The position numbers and the translations under genes were made by a program. Below are positions 51,580-64,000 of a stretch of DNA of 64,000 nucleotides, piece by piece. The stretch is taken from NCBI RefSeq assembly GCF_021869535.1, contig NW_026262723.1:79670001-79734000 (forward strand). The letters are read 5' to 3'. The notes beneath the pieces were generated by a model. The model was not told the origin of the DNA. It did no database searches and was given only the letters and a program-made list of their open reading frames with translations. The stretch is from Mytilus californianus. Its lineage: Eukaryota. Numbering within the stretch: the first letter of the stretch is position 1; every line of letters starts with the position of its first letter.

Positions 51580-53699
51580 GTAGGAATACACAATTTTTTT
51601 ACTTTCGGCAAATACTTTCATATAATGTTGAATTTGTAACAAATGAAATTTAAACGATCGTTGTGTTATACAACTTTATATTTGAATTTTGCAATAACTT
51701 TTTTTCCGTTCTTTTAAAGCAAGACGGAGAAAAAATTCACTAATAGTTAACATACATGTATTCTATCACATACGTTTTAACAAATATTACAATACGTAAT
51801 GGTAAGAACACTATGTTGTTTTTACAAATTCAATTATTCAATTTACAACAATTATATATGATGTACATTATCACTATCTGTATTATGATGTCATATTACA
51901 CCCCTTGGGTAAATATCCCCCCTTTTTTCCTGTGTTATACCATATTACATACAAAAATGTACCTCTTATCAACACCAGACACCTCAGAGCAAATAAAGTT
52001 AACGAGTCACTGACTGGTCTTAATTAACTTAGTACCTTCTATAAACACGATAAACAAAAATACACAAATCACACTAATTTTCTAGTACAGAGATTAATAT
52101 TTTCCTTTAATTCGAAACAGATGTTACTTTTCTTTAGTAATATTACAAGTGCTTTTGTGATTCGAGATCATACTTATCAAATCGATCGGCAATGTGCAAG
52201 GATAAAATATAGGATTTGAATAAATCAAACTTTTCGGTAAGTTTTGAAGAATTAATTGAACTGAAACAACTGGAAATGATGAAAAGTAAAGTTAGTATAA
52301 AAAAAGTAATAATTAATCTAATTTATTATTTTATTATATTAATTTAACCAAAATACCTTTATTTTAAGTTTTTTTTATTAGGCTTTCATTTGAACCAAAT
52401 ACCAATTTTTGTTTATGATGTTTTATCTTTATATAACTATCAATCAAACTAAAAAGATTAATGATAAAAAACTACATCTCTTATCAAATAAAACAAGGAG
52501 TACTTTGTTGATGAATCTGTCTATTTTCAGAGAAACTTGATTGCTTTGTTAATGACCGATGATATAACTAAGTTTATCGGATACCTACACTTTATCTTAT
52601 CTATACCTATCAGTTACATCGACTACTGTACTTGTGTATAGCATGTCGTGCACCTGTTCATCAAATTCTTCGGTTTCATTCGGAGTGAAGTAGCAGTTTC
52701 CTTTTCGGAAAAAAAATAGAAACCAGGTGGTCCATAATATTCGCTCACTACCACTCCATTAACTTTAGTTGATAGTTGTCTCAATGGCAATCATGCCACA
52801 TCTCATTTTTATAGAATACAAATAAAATCCTACTGGCTTAGGTAGATTAACTCATATTTTTGAAATTTTGACAATACTGAAAAAAATTGAAGCTGCTGAA
52901 TGATCATAACAATACACGTAGAACATGAACGTGTTAGAATTACCGATACATAAATAATGCTTTAAGTTTTATAATCATCTGTACAATCTGCACATTTGCG
53001 ATAAACAATCCAAAATAAATATCTGTAGAAACTCCACGGTAACGTGCATTTATACTATAAATATTTCTCCTTCTGAAGGTTAACAGCAAATTGCAGACGA
53101 TTGACTCACAAGTGCCAAAACGATTCGGCAATGTAAAAAGATTTACATGATTTTGTGAGGTTGTTTAGAACTTGGCGTAAACATCTTGAGAAGTTAGTTC
53201 AATGACTATTAAACGAGATATTTACACGTTTTTGTGATTAATCATCTTTTGTTTCATTAATATTGTATAAGTGTATTAATGTGAATACATCCCCCTTAAA
53301 TTCCGGACATTTTACATACCAATGTGCATATTTTATCGTAAAGTTTTAAATAATCATTACATAATACAGAAATAATTATTTGTATATGGTCAACTAGATA
53401 GCGGGATATTTTATTCATTGTTTCACTCTGTGAGAAAGAATTTCAGCTGAGAGCAGGATAGTCATTGATATAACAATTTCCATTAGTTGTGTTACAAAAT
53501 TTTTCCTGCTGTTACAAAGCTTGAGGACAGCGGACGGGTTTTTTTTTTCTCTCAACAGTACTGAATAAAAATATCGAGCCCATCGTAAATTCAGAAAATC
53601 GAAGCAACATTATTGAGTTACATTTGTAAAAAGCATTTCTGTTGATATTTCCAGTAACACTCAAGGCATTTCACATTAGTAACAGTCCAATAACCAGTA

Positions 53700-55017
53700 A
53701 AATGGGAGCCGTTCGGTGATCATCTTTACTAGTAGAATAAAAGCCGTTTTACTAGTAGATTGAAAGCCGTATGGGGACTTTTTTGCTAGAAAAATGAGAG
53801 ACGTACGGTGACCTTTTTTTGTTAGTAGAATGAAAGCCGTACGGGTACTTTTTTACTGTTAGAATGAGAGACGTATGGTGACCTTTTTTTGCAAATAGAA
53901 TGAGAGCCGTACGTTGACACTTTACCAAGAGAAAGAGAGCTGTAAGGTGACCTTTTTTTTACTAGTAGAATGGCAGCCGTTTGGTGATCTTTTTTTACAA
54001 GTAAAATGAGAGCCGTCAGTGATCTGTCTTTGCTAGTAGAATGACAGCCGTACGGTGACCCTTCTTTACTAGTAGAATGAGATTCGTACGGTGGTCATTC
54101 TTTACAAGTAGAATGAGAATCGTATGGTGACCTTTAGTGAGAGCCCTACGGTGATATTTTTACTAATAGAATGAGAGCCGTATGATGACCTTTCTTTCCT
54201 AGTTAATTAAAAGCCGTAATAGTATTATGACCTTTCTCGACTAGAAGAACGAGAGCTGTACGGTGACCTTTCTTTACTAGAAGAACGATAGCCGTATGGT
54301 AATTTTTCTTTACTAGTTGAATGAGAGGAGTACGGTGATCTTTCTTTACTGGTATAATGAGGGCTTTACGGAGACCTCTCTTTACAAATAGAATGAGAGC
54401 CTTACAGTGATTTTTTTTATAGCAGAATGAGAGCCGTACATTTACCTTTGTTTGATAGTTGAATGAGAGTCGTACGGTGAACTTTCTTAAATAAAATATG
54501 AGAGCCATACAGTGACCTTTCTTTACTAGTAGAATGAGAGCCGTATGGTGATCATTCATAACTAATAGAATGAGAGCCGTACAATTATTTTATTTACAAG
54601 TAAAATGAGAGCCGTACTGTGATCTTTCTTTATTAGTAGAATGACATTCGTACGGTGACCCTTTCTTTACCAGTAGAATGAGAGCCGTACGATGACATTT
54701 CTTTACTTACTTGTATAGTGAGAGCCGTACGGTAATATTTTATACTAGTGGAATGAGAGCCGTACGGTGACCTTTTTTACTAGTTTAATGAGAGCCGTAC
54801 GGTGACCCTACTTTATAATAAGAATGAGATTCGTACGGTGACCTTTCTTTGTCAGTTTAATAAGAGCCGTACGGTGACCTTTCTTTTCTGATATAGTGAA
54901 ACCCTTACGGTGATATTTTTTTACTGGAAGAATGATATTCGGACGATGATCTTTCTTTACTTGTAGAATGATAGCCATATGGTGACCTCTCTTTATAAGT
55001 CAAACGAGACCCGTCAA
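53700..55017. repeat. Degenerate ~36-bp tandem array, about 37 units, in PDZ-gene intron 1
   Basis: Consensus tttctttactagtagaatgagagccgtacggtgacc, containing actagt and ccgtacgg palindromes; no unique spacers. Confidence 0.93.
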
Positions 55018-55708
55018 CTTCAACCGACAACAATACTGTATTATTTGTAGTACTGTATTGATTCAACGCAACTTTTTTCTTGCGTAGGTGACAAGAATAT
55101 GTGCTACGGTACAAAATGAGGTCGGGTATATATCGCATCTACTTTTGAATCATTTATACTATTCTGACTTTGCATTTTTATGATGTATTGTACTTTATAA
55201 ATCATTCTTGTTCTTTTGGCCATAATGGTTACGTATTTCTGTATGCGTTAGGTGTTGTCTTTGTATATAGACCAATATCATACTGAGTGAACTCCAAATG
55301 ATTAAACGGTGAAACAAGTAAAGGTATCAATTGACAGGGGTTTTCTCCCTTAATGAACAATAAATCTCAGTGTAATAATGGCGTAATTGTTTAACTATTT
55401 CATTCATAAACTTAAGTGATGTAAAACAGGTATTTACCTGTAATCGTGGGGTATCTGAACCCTTCATCAAAATCTAGTAAAAATCAATTGTGCTTGTAAC
55501 TGATAAAGATTATAATAACCCAAGTTTCGAAAACAAAACAAATTGATTTACTAAAATTGTGAAATTGATATTGAAATCATTAGTTACCCTCTATTCAACT
55601 CGGCTGATAAAGATTTACGATTTTATAGTTTGTCAAAAGGAGAGGTAAATAAGAATGGGACAAAAAAATGTTTGTTTCATACTGTTGAATTGGCTTTTCC
55701 TGTTATAG

Positions 55709-55857
55709 GTAACACCAGGAAGTGTGGCAGGGAATGTTCTCGTTCCTGGAGATATAGTTTTGAAGATCGGTAACAACAACGTAACAAACGTTTCTCACAA
55801 CGAAGGACAGGATTTGATAAGATATTCTGGAGATCTTTTACAGTTAACGATCAAAAG
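55709..55857 (+). CDS. PDZ/ZM gene exon 2, PDZ C-terminal half
   Basis: gttatag|VTPGSVAGNVLVPGDIVLKIGNNNVTNVSHNEGQDLIRYSGDLLQLTIK+AG|gttagt. Confidence 0.92.
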
Positions 55858-56829
55858 GTTAGTTATTGCATTTGCTTTCCTGTTTTCCTATGTCTAGCAA
55901 AAACAGGTCCACAAGTCTTATTAGGAAATTAAAAAATTCAAAATCATGCATGTTCTGGATGGTTGATATCTAAATCACCTTACCCGTAATATATACAAAA
56001 AAAGTCAAGAACTGTATTGTTTAAAGGTTAAAGAATGTGTATTTTAACCATAGGTACTATGCGAACAAATACTACACTTCATCATGTTGACGTATTTAAG
56101 ATTTTTAAGATAAAAGTCTCCCCGAAAATCTAATTTAAATGTAATCCGGCTATCTGTAGAATGTGATTTAGTTTCAGTTGTTGTACAACTACAAAATATG
56201 TCAATTGATTTGTCAAGATGTGCTTTCCTATTGGTAGGAAATCAACATGTTTGTTTGTTTAGATAAAATACGATGCTTAGCAGGATTCGTTAATGGCTCC
56301 TATGAAAATCTATGAAAACAAACTAACTTAGATTGTATACTCTATTTTTTAGACACAGTGTGTTTGTTTTTCTCTTTCCGCTTGTTTTCTCGTATTTTTC
56401 TGTTTATTTGTTCGTTGTGTTGTTTCCTGGTGTTTTTGTATCGTATGAGTGCAAATAATAAATTTTCACGTATATCCTCCATTTGCCCTATAATCTTAAA
56501 AGAGAGAAAAAATTAATAAACTACAGAAAAAGTATATGCTATCATCTTTGTACTAATGTCGAAGTTAAGGTTTAACTTTGAAAAAGCGTTGAAAGGCATT
56601 TTGCACAATAAAATCTTTGAGAAAAATACAAGTGACCAATATTTATTTACCATCCAAGTTTGAGGCTACATCGTATACTTACTTACTATTTATGATGACA
56701 ATTTTAAGGATTTATGACGTTTCGATCACAATCAAAGCTACAAAAAACCACCCATGGTAATATAGTACCATGATACACTTCGACATATACCCCTAAAATG
56801 GTAAACATATACCTATTACTTGTAAGTAG

Positions 56830-57200
56830 ATATGGTATGGTTGCCATTCTACCGTTGCACCATTGTCCCAGGTTAGGGGAAGGATTGGCTCCTTCAAACA
56901 TGTTTAACCCCGCCACATTCTTCATGTGGACGCCCAAGTTAGGAGCCTGTAGTTCAGTGGTTGTCGTTGCTTCATGTCTGTCATATTTGATTTTTTCGTA
57001 AATTGTTTTGTTATAAATTAGGCCGTTAGTTTGTATTGTTTCATATTGTTCTTGTCGGGGCCTTTTATAGCCGACTATACGGTTTGGGTTTTTTAATTGT
57101 TAAAGACCGTACGTTTGCCTATAATTGATTACATCCACTACATTTGAACTTTGGTGGATAGTTGTCTCATTTGGCAATCATACCACATCTCCTTATTTTC
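56830..57200 (+). mobile_element. Abundant SINE/MITE-like interspersed repeat (cccaagtcaggagcctgta...ggcaatcataccacatct), best copy
   Basis: Related copies at ~3850-4140 (-), ~11760-11995, ~12580-12810, ~48180-48520 (-) and ~57200-57300 (-). Confidence 0.72.
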
Positions 57201-58075
57201 ATACAACTATCCATCAGAGACCAAATGAAGAGTTCGAAAACAACTATAGGTCACCGTGCGGTCTTTGACCATGAGCAAAACATGTACCATATAGTAAGCT
57301 TTTAAATGCGCCGACTTGGAAAAGGCTTGACTCATAAGATCGACACAAAGCACAAAAAAAACTCCTACTTACTTGAAGAAAAATGCACAAAGTACCGAAA
57401 TAATAGTACTTACGTAATAGCAATTACTGAAAGCTAGTTCAAACCAATTCAAACTTACAAACCATGATTCCCACTAAAATATCAATCTGGATACACCCGA
57501 CGGATTTAGTTAAATGACGTCATGAACAGTCTAAGAAATGCAATATCAAAATATAAGTGTCGACAGGATGTAGGACCATACCTGTTCTAGCAATTATAAA
57601 TTGTTTAGTTAGTTCTTTTTTATTGAATCTTCACCTTCAATAGTTGCTTTGTCGGCAGTGTCTTAATATTCCAGTACACTTTTATCTATAAAGATTAGAT
57701 TTCTAGATATGTACTACTCTACGAATAACTTGTACTTGTCTTTAAATGATATTTTTATGTGTTTTATGTTTATACCCCATTCATGTCTGTCATACGTCAT
57801 TATCCCCTCACTAGTTTTTAGGCATTATTGGTTTCTTTGGGTTATATGGTTCGCTGCATGCCCTTTTGCTAAGTACTTAATTTTTAATACATTTCTTAAT
57901 TCATATAATTATGACTTGAAACAATTAATAGTGTTTTCCGAAGTTTAGTAATTCAAAAGTGTCTCCTTATTATAAATCGAAAAAATAAAAAAAAAAAAAT
58001 ATATATAACAATCTCGAAATAGGTACTAGCAGTATTTTACAATTCTATACAATCCATTATGGACATTTATTTCAG

Positions 58076-59648
58076 ATGTCCAAGAGTTGCAGCTAGTGCT
58101 CCAGTAAGTCCAACACCTATGTCCCAGTATAATCAGTACTGCACACAATCAGAAAGTCCCAGTTCTTTCAGGAGTTTGTCACCAGTCTCAGATAACTATC
58201 CTATGTACCAACAAGGATACCCTTATCAACAAAGAATGTACCCTGACGAACGTGACAGTCCTAGACAGTTTGCATCATTACCAAGACATGCAGGCGGATA
58301 TAGAAACTATCAGGACCAATATGAACCTCAACAACCACGACGTGAAGAATACAGCACACAGACTATGCCAAAACCGACACCGTACCGCCCAAATGCTGGA
58401 TTTCAGCAACCATACAGTCAAATGAGAAATGCAAATGAAAATTACGGTCCAGGGTACAATACATCACCTTACAGTCGTGAACAACAGCAACAGGTCATGT
58501 ACGATCCATACCAGCCAGATCCTTACCAGAACCGATCACCAGGTCCAAACTTCAGTCCTGGTCCTCCTGGATATGGCATAGCACCACCAACTTACGGAGA
58601 AACACAACAAAGAAGAGGAAGTAATACAAGTGGTCCATCTTACTCAAGACAAACATCATCAAATATGTATCAAAATCAGAACGTTCCCTCGTATGACTCT
58701 CAGCCAGGTAATAATGGATATTATGTAAATTCTAATTACAATGAATCACAGTCGCCATACCAACGTCAAGACTCAGGCATTAGATCTTACAATGGGTACG
58801 AACATCAGCGACCTGATGATAATCAACAAAGAAGTTATCAGTCTAATGATACATCTCTTCAGAGGCAAACATCTACAGGATATCAACGTCAGCCATCTTA
58901 CGAACAGCATCCCCAGGTACATGATGGACGACAGGTTGTACAAGTAAGTAGGATTAACGCTTTCCCTAGTGGACTTCAACAACAACAACAAACACCACCA
59001 TCACCTCCAGTTCGGGAGGAGTCGCGACCGAATTATCAAAGACAGACTTCTGGAGGCTCATTTCCGAAAGCTCCTGTATACGAAGCTAAAATATGTTCCG
59101 CCGGTACTCCATCGGAAGGTTATTTAACGAAAGATAATAATGAAGTGAACCAGAATTATAGAAATCAAAACAAAATTTTGACTCCTAAAAAGAGTAGTGT
59201 ACCAACTGGAATAAGTAGTATTGAGGATATATTATCACCGTTTGAAAAATTTCCAAATTATTATAACGAGTTTATTAAACAATCAAATGAACCGAAACAA
59301 GAAACCGATAGTGGGGTTGCTTCAGATATATCGGAACCACCACGTGGTTTCGGATCGCCATTAAGCACATCATCAGATCTTCGTCCTAGTCCTACATACC
59401 AGGAAAGTGTCTCTGACAATCAGATGAATCAACTGAATACTGTTTACAGTCCCATGAGCCCGATGAGGGAGGACTTTTCTCAAACACCCTCGTCGCCTCA
59501 AGTATCGGCGGCACCTGCACCACCACCACCGCCGCCTCCACCACCATTGCCACCACCTTCAGACTTTGCACCACCACCGCCACCACCACCACCTCTCCCA
59601 GTTCTCCCATTACCCGGCGCATGGTCTCTTCCAAAACGGAAAATACAG
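58076..59648 (+). CDS. PDZ/ZM gene, large 1573-bp low-complexity exon (P/Q/Y/S-rich, polyproline tract)
   Basis: Stop-free 524-codon stretch; acceptor ttttcag at 58075 (phase 2, joins exon 2); donor CAG|gtaaga. Confidence 0.87.
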
Positions 59649-60753
59649 GTAAGATTTAAGAAGTAATTGTTCACATGTAACATTGTCTTTGTTTTGTTCT
59701 ATCATCAGTCTTGGACTAATTTCTGTACATTAGGAATGTTTAGAATTTTTATTATGCATGCACACCTTTCCCATACGTTTATAGATAACTCGTTATTTTA
59801 CATTATATAACAAGAATGACACTGAGGTGTCGTAATTATCAGAACATCAGAATAGTAAGATGACGGATGTGTAGTGCCATCGATATATATGTGTAATTAC
59901 AGTACAGGCACAACAAAGTGTACGTTTTTTCGCTTAAGTACTTACTGAAAGAGAACTCATAAGACATGCATACATACAAATATATAAGAATTGGCAGCCA
60001 GTACGTATAATTAATTACAGAACATGGCAATCACTTTGCGTGAATGACGAGAAACAGTGGAATGTAGATAACTATAGATAGTTTTAATGTTTTCAGACGA
60101 AGAAGCATTCATGTAATTCTAATGGGGAAAACACCTGTTTTTCATATTGTATTAACTGTTCCATGCTAATCTTGTTTTCTTAAACAGAAAACGATGTACA
60201 TGATGTGTTTTGCATCACATGATATTGTGTGCAGTATAAATGTAATCAATGATTTCCATTTTCCCCCAGCAATCGTGTTGAACGATTTAATATGAACAGT
60301 AAAAATTCATTTCCAATTTCTCTGAAAACGAATGCTTATACCCACAGACACAACAATGCACCAGGGAGTTCGTACATTGAAAGTCATTATTAATTACAAC
60401 TAGAAAGCATACCTTTCCTTATCACATCTCAGTTGTTACTAAATATTTACCTTTCTAGGAATCTTTCCCGAATTTTAATCCTGTGTACGATTTGTAACCA
60501 GTAGTGTATAACAAACAAAATACTGAACAAACGACTAGATGAGTTTTCATGGATGCTTAATAAGTTAATGAAGATGGAAAACAAAGTTCTTAACAGCAAT
60601 AATTCAGAAAATTATTTGTTATTGCAATCTAGGATTTGTTCAACCTATCATTACCTCTATAAAAATGGATACGCAAATAAGGAACTCGTTAAAAGTTTCG
60701 CGAATTCAATCTTGCTTCGTTTTTATACGAATTCAATTTTGCTTCATTTTAAT

Positions 60754-61080
60754 ATGCCCGTCTAAGACGGTACGTATTATGGTATACCGCTGTCCGTCCG
60801 TCCGTCCGTCATTCGTCAACACTTCGGACAATAACTCAAAAACGCTTTCACCGATTTTCATGAAACTTTGGTGAATTGTTTATATCTATTGACTTAATCT
60901 CCCTTTTGATTTTTATTAAATTTAGATTTTACGTTTCTGAGTTTATTCATAAAAAAAGGGAATTTTCTAGTTTTCAGACAATAACTCAAAAACGCTTCGA
61001 GCAGTTTTCAAGATACTATGATGACTTGTTTATATCTATTGAAATAAGCTCCTTTATGTTTTTTTTTATAAATTTCTGAT
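60754..61080 (+). mobile_element. DINE-1/HINE-like element fragment
   Basis: atgcccgtc-taa-gacgg hairpin, then a (gtcc)n microsatellite at 60792-60810, then two ~140-bp acaataactcaaaaacgctt core repeats. Confidence 0.65.
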
Positions 61081-61224
61081 ATGACATTGTTGAAAAATCT
61101 TCAAAACTAAAAGGATGGCGCAGCTCTTTATTTTTTACTGTTGACTTTATTCAGTATGACCAACGCTTATTTTGTTTCGCATCAATTTTGATAAGATCTA
61201 ATTTGAGAATTCATGTTTTAATAG

Positions 61225-61370
61225 CCACCTTCTGAGGAACCAACTGGAGATCAACAAAGGGTTCCAGATGCAGTTCTAAATACCATGATGAAGCAACAAG
61301 GCAGTGGTCAGCCTAAACCTTTTGCATATTTTACGGGTGGTATTGATCTGAAAGAATTTAAGAAACGAAA
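61225..61370 (+). CDS. PDZ/ZM gene linker exon
   Basis: ttaatag|PPSEEPTGDQQRVPDAVLNTMMKQQGSGQPKPFAYFTGGIDLKEFKKR+AA|gtaaga. Phase 0 to 2, exactly what is needed to join 59648 to 62094. Confidence 0.82.
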
Positions 61371-62093
61371 GTAAGATATATTCAATAATTTTTACATGAA
61401 TACGAAATAGTCGTCCCGATCTTTGTGTCTTTAAGTAATTTCTTAGATTTAGTGGTATTGTTATAATCCCTCGGCGGAGATATAACAGTTTGCGTTTGCA
61501 AAACACAAATCTTTCGTTTCTGTGTATTTTGGAATTCTAACTCAGTTCAGCAACCTAATTTAAAACTATCCATAAACCAACAATAATTGTGTAAGACATA
61601 AACGCGAACTACACCTTGTATAAGGAAACATTTGAGAGTCATTAAAGTACATGATCTTTGCTTTCTTTGCTTATGATTGTGAATAGTCGGTTGATATTAA
61701 ATCTAAAACGTCAGAGAAGCTCAAAGAAGACAAGATGATCGACATGACCAGCGAACATTTCTAAGGTCTAATAAAGACTATGATATAGTTATGGTATACT
61801 AGTATCGTTAATTACAACGTACACCAATAGTTCGCATTCACAGTATGTTTATATAATAATAATTACATCACATGTATGTTTCACGAGAATCCGTTAGTTT
61901 GATTGGCTAACAACAATCGCGCGTCATTCAAAAATTAACCTTCATACAAAATGTGCTTCGGTCAACACTTTTACACCCCAATAAAATTACCAAAAGAAGC
62001 ATTCATTTCTGAAGTATTACTCTACAATTAAAAAAAATACCCCAAAAATCATGAAAGTGAAATACAATATAGTAGTATATGGTTTGATTACAG

Positions 62094-62312
62094 TCGTCCA
62101 CCACCGAAGGTAATGCCAAAGGGCTACAAAGGTCCAACTGTAGATGAGGAAGCTGAAGTGGCTTATAGTAAGCCAAAACCAGTTAAGAATCCACCACAAC
62201 AAGGCCCATATAAACATGTGCAATATAATAACCCGATAAATGTATACTCTAAGGATAATGCGGAACAGCAACTGAGAACACAGAGTCAAGGTTCAGTTAC
62301 TGCGGTGTCTGG
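62094..62312 (+). CDS. PDZ/ZM gene exon carrying the ZM (ZASP-like) motif
   Basis: ttacag|RPPPKVMPKGY...YKHVQYNNPINVYSKDNAEQQL...AVSG|gtaagt; QYNxPxxxYSxxN is the ZM signature. Confidence 0.9.
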
Positions 62313-63785
62313 GTAAGTAAAGTATAGTAGATTGTCTAAAAATATCTTGGGAAGTTCTAGTTCCCTTTATAATTAATTTTACGTACAATTTATTTAGTAA
62401 ACAATATACAAAACGATAGCTCTGGTTCATGTGTCAGTGTGAACTGCTGCATTACATGTTTTTCAAATCAATTTACAATCTTCTCTGAACACAGTAAGAA
62501 CACGCAAAAAACCATTAATTAAGAAAAAAAATAGAAAAATAATATGACCAAAAAGAAAAAGATGAAAGGCAAACAACAGTGCACTTAAATTTAGCCAGGA
62601 ACTAAGGATTGAGCAACACACAAAATAGCTTAATAATTGTACCAAACATGGTCGACTTGAACGCCTTTTACTTTAATTTGATTGATAGATGTTTGCTTGC
62701 TTGCTTCCTTTTACTTTAAATAGCGAAAGTTGTCCCGAACTAGCAGATTCCAAGATGATTGTAGCTATTTTGAAACTTCCAAACAGTAACTGCTCATATA
62801 TAACATGGAAACTCACATTTCTATAAAGTTTCAATAGATTTGGTACATTTTTTTTATTTTGCTGATTCCATAGGAACGATGGTCATTTTGATTGATTTTT
62901 ATGAAATATTAACGCCCGTTCACGACTCGAAATAGCCGCACGTACTTATTTTTTTTTAATTCTAATTATATACATGAAATTGCCACTTTGTGCAAAATAA
63001 TTTCAAAATTCCAATTCTGAAACCAATTTGTCAGTCATTCTCACTGTTTGGCACAACGGTTTGTGAATTGGATTTTGGTTATGTGCTGTACATTTTGATT
63101 GCTTCTATTGTAAAATAAAGTTTAAGGAGAAATTTGTATAAAAACAATTTGAACAGTTTTAACAAGTTTATTTGGAACATTTCTTCCATAATTAGATGCC
63201 TGAATTGTAACATCGCCAACACTGGCAAACATATAGTTGTCTGAAGACTTTTAGGCAGAAAACATTAAATCATCTCTTCAGAAACTACTTAGTCATGAAA
63301 TTTGTATTTAACACGACAACAATCTACCAATTTACCAAAATGGCAGCCACCAACGGCAAGTCTGTGATATGAATATCAATTAGATAATAAAAGATTTACA
63401 GTGTTGATAAGATCCTTCGAATAATGAAATAAAGACATTTCTTCAGTTTGTTTTAGTTCATGTTTTTATTACCTGCATATTTATGTTGTGCCCATTTCTA
63501 AACAATTTAATGGCATTTTCATATATTTTCACGCTTACATTTGTTAGTAAATCACATTTTTGTCTTACTCATTACTGTTGAATCAGACTTACATTCTGCA
63601 GCAGTAAACTGTTTCTGTTTATAACATTGACAAGTTGCCTGCAGTTTTGGAGTGGTTTCAAGTTCTACTAATTTTAGAACGTGTGTGTTTATATTTTTAT
63701 TAATCATGTTAACTAATTGTTTTCAAACTTGTAAACAGCAATCGTATAAATGACGATCATTCTACAACTGTAAATCTTGTTACAG

Positions 63786-63857
63786 CCGGCGTACACGTAG
63801 ACATTCTGAATCAAGTACTCCCCAATTTAACTACATTGTACCGATGAGGACTATTCG
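63786..63857 (+). CDS. Possible further 72-bp symmetric exon of the PDZ/ZM gene
   Basis: ttgttacag|(G)RRTRRHSESSTPQFNYIVPMRTI+CG|gtgaga; open in the phase-2 frame, but no recognised motif. Confidence 0.5.
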
Positions 63858-64000
63858 GTGAGACCAAGCATACAAAAAAAAAATAAACGCAGCATGATGC
63901 GATCAATAGGCACAGAGTAGAAACAAAAAATGCATGGATCTTTGTAATAGTAATCAGCTCTTTATAAAAAAGGGACATTTTAATCACCCTTTACAAAACA

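Noticed and set aside
53700-55017. CRISPR array (36-bp period, palindromic core)
   Set aside because: The variable parts are short T-rich mutated versions of one consensus, not unique spacers.
59392-59683. Gly/Val-rich minus-strand ORFs
   Set aside because: Antisense of the polyproline tract.

Overview
AT-rich, intron-rich animal genomic DNA. The repeat families and gene set suggest a bivalve mollusc, probably Mytilus-like (inference). Four protein-coding genes were reconstructed by eye from homology plus splice-site and phase continuity. (1) The 5' part of an SLC16/monocarboxylate transporter on the minus strand (exons 1405-1594 and 881-997); it runs off the left edge and appears to use a GC donor. 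(2) TTC38 on the plus strand: 13 coding exons from 11500 to 32320, 436 codons; the expected last exon was not found. (3) A two-coding-exon type-B carboxylesterase on the minus strand (42708-41219 + 39959-39716, 577 aa) with an intact triad, a signal peptide and a GPI-like tail. (4) The 5' part of a PDZ + ZM-motif (Zasp/PDLIM-like) gene on the plus strand, 51481 to at least 62312. The rest is a patchwork of mobile DNA: decayed Penelope-like retroelements and their 3' tails, TTAA-flanked TIR elements, a Helitron-like element with intact ends, foldback MITEs, a 2.3-kb tandem duplication and several minisatellites. The most interesting signals are minimal type I hammerhead ribozyme motifs bounding ~360-bp retrozyme-like monomers in TTC38 introns (one carries a 13x24-bp hairpin expansion), and a compensated -1/+1 frameshift that rewrites exactly the PWGFRL ligand-binding loop of the PDZ domain. 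No CRISPR array, rRNA or tRNA was recognised.
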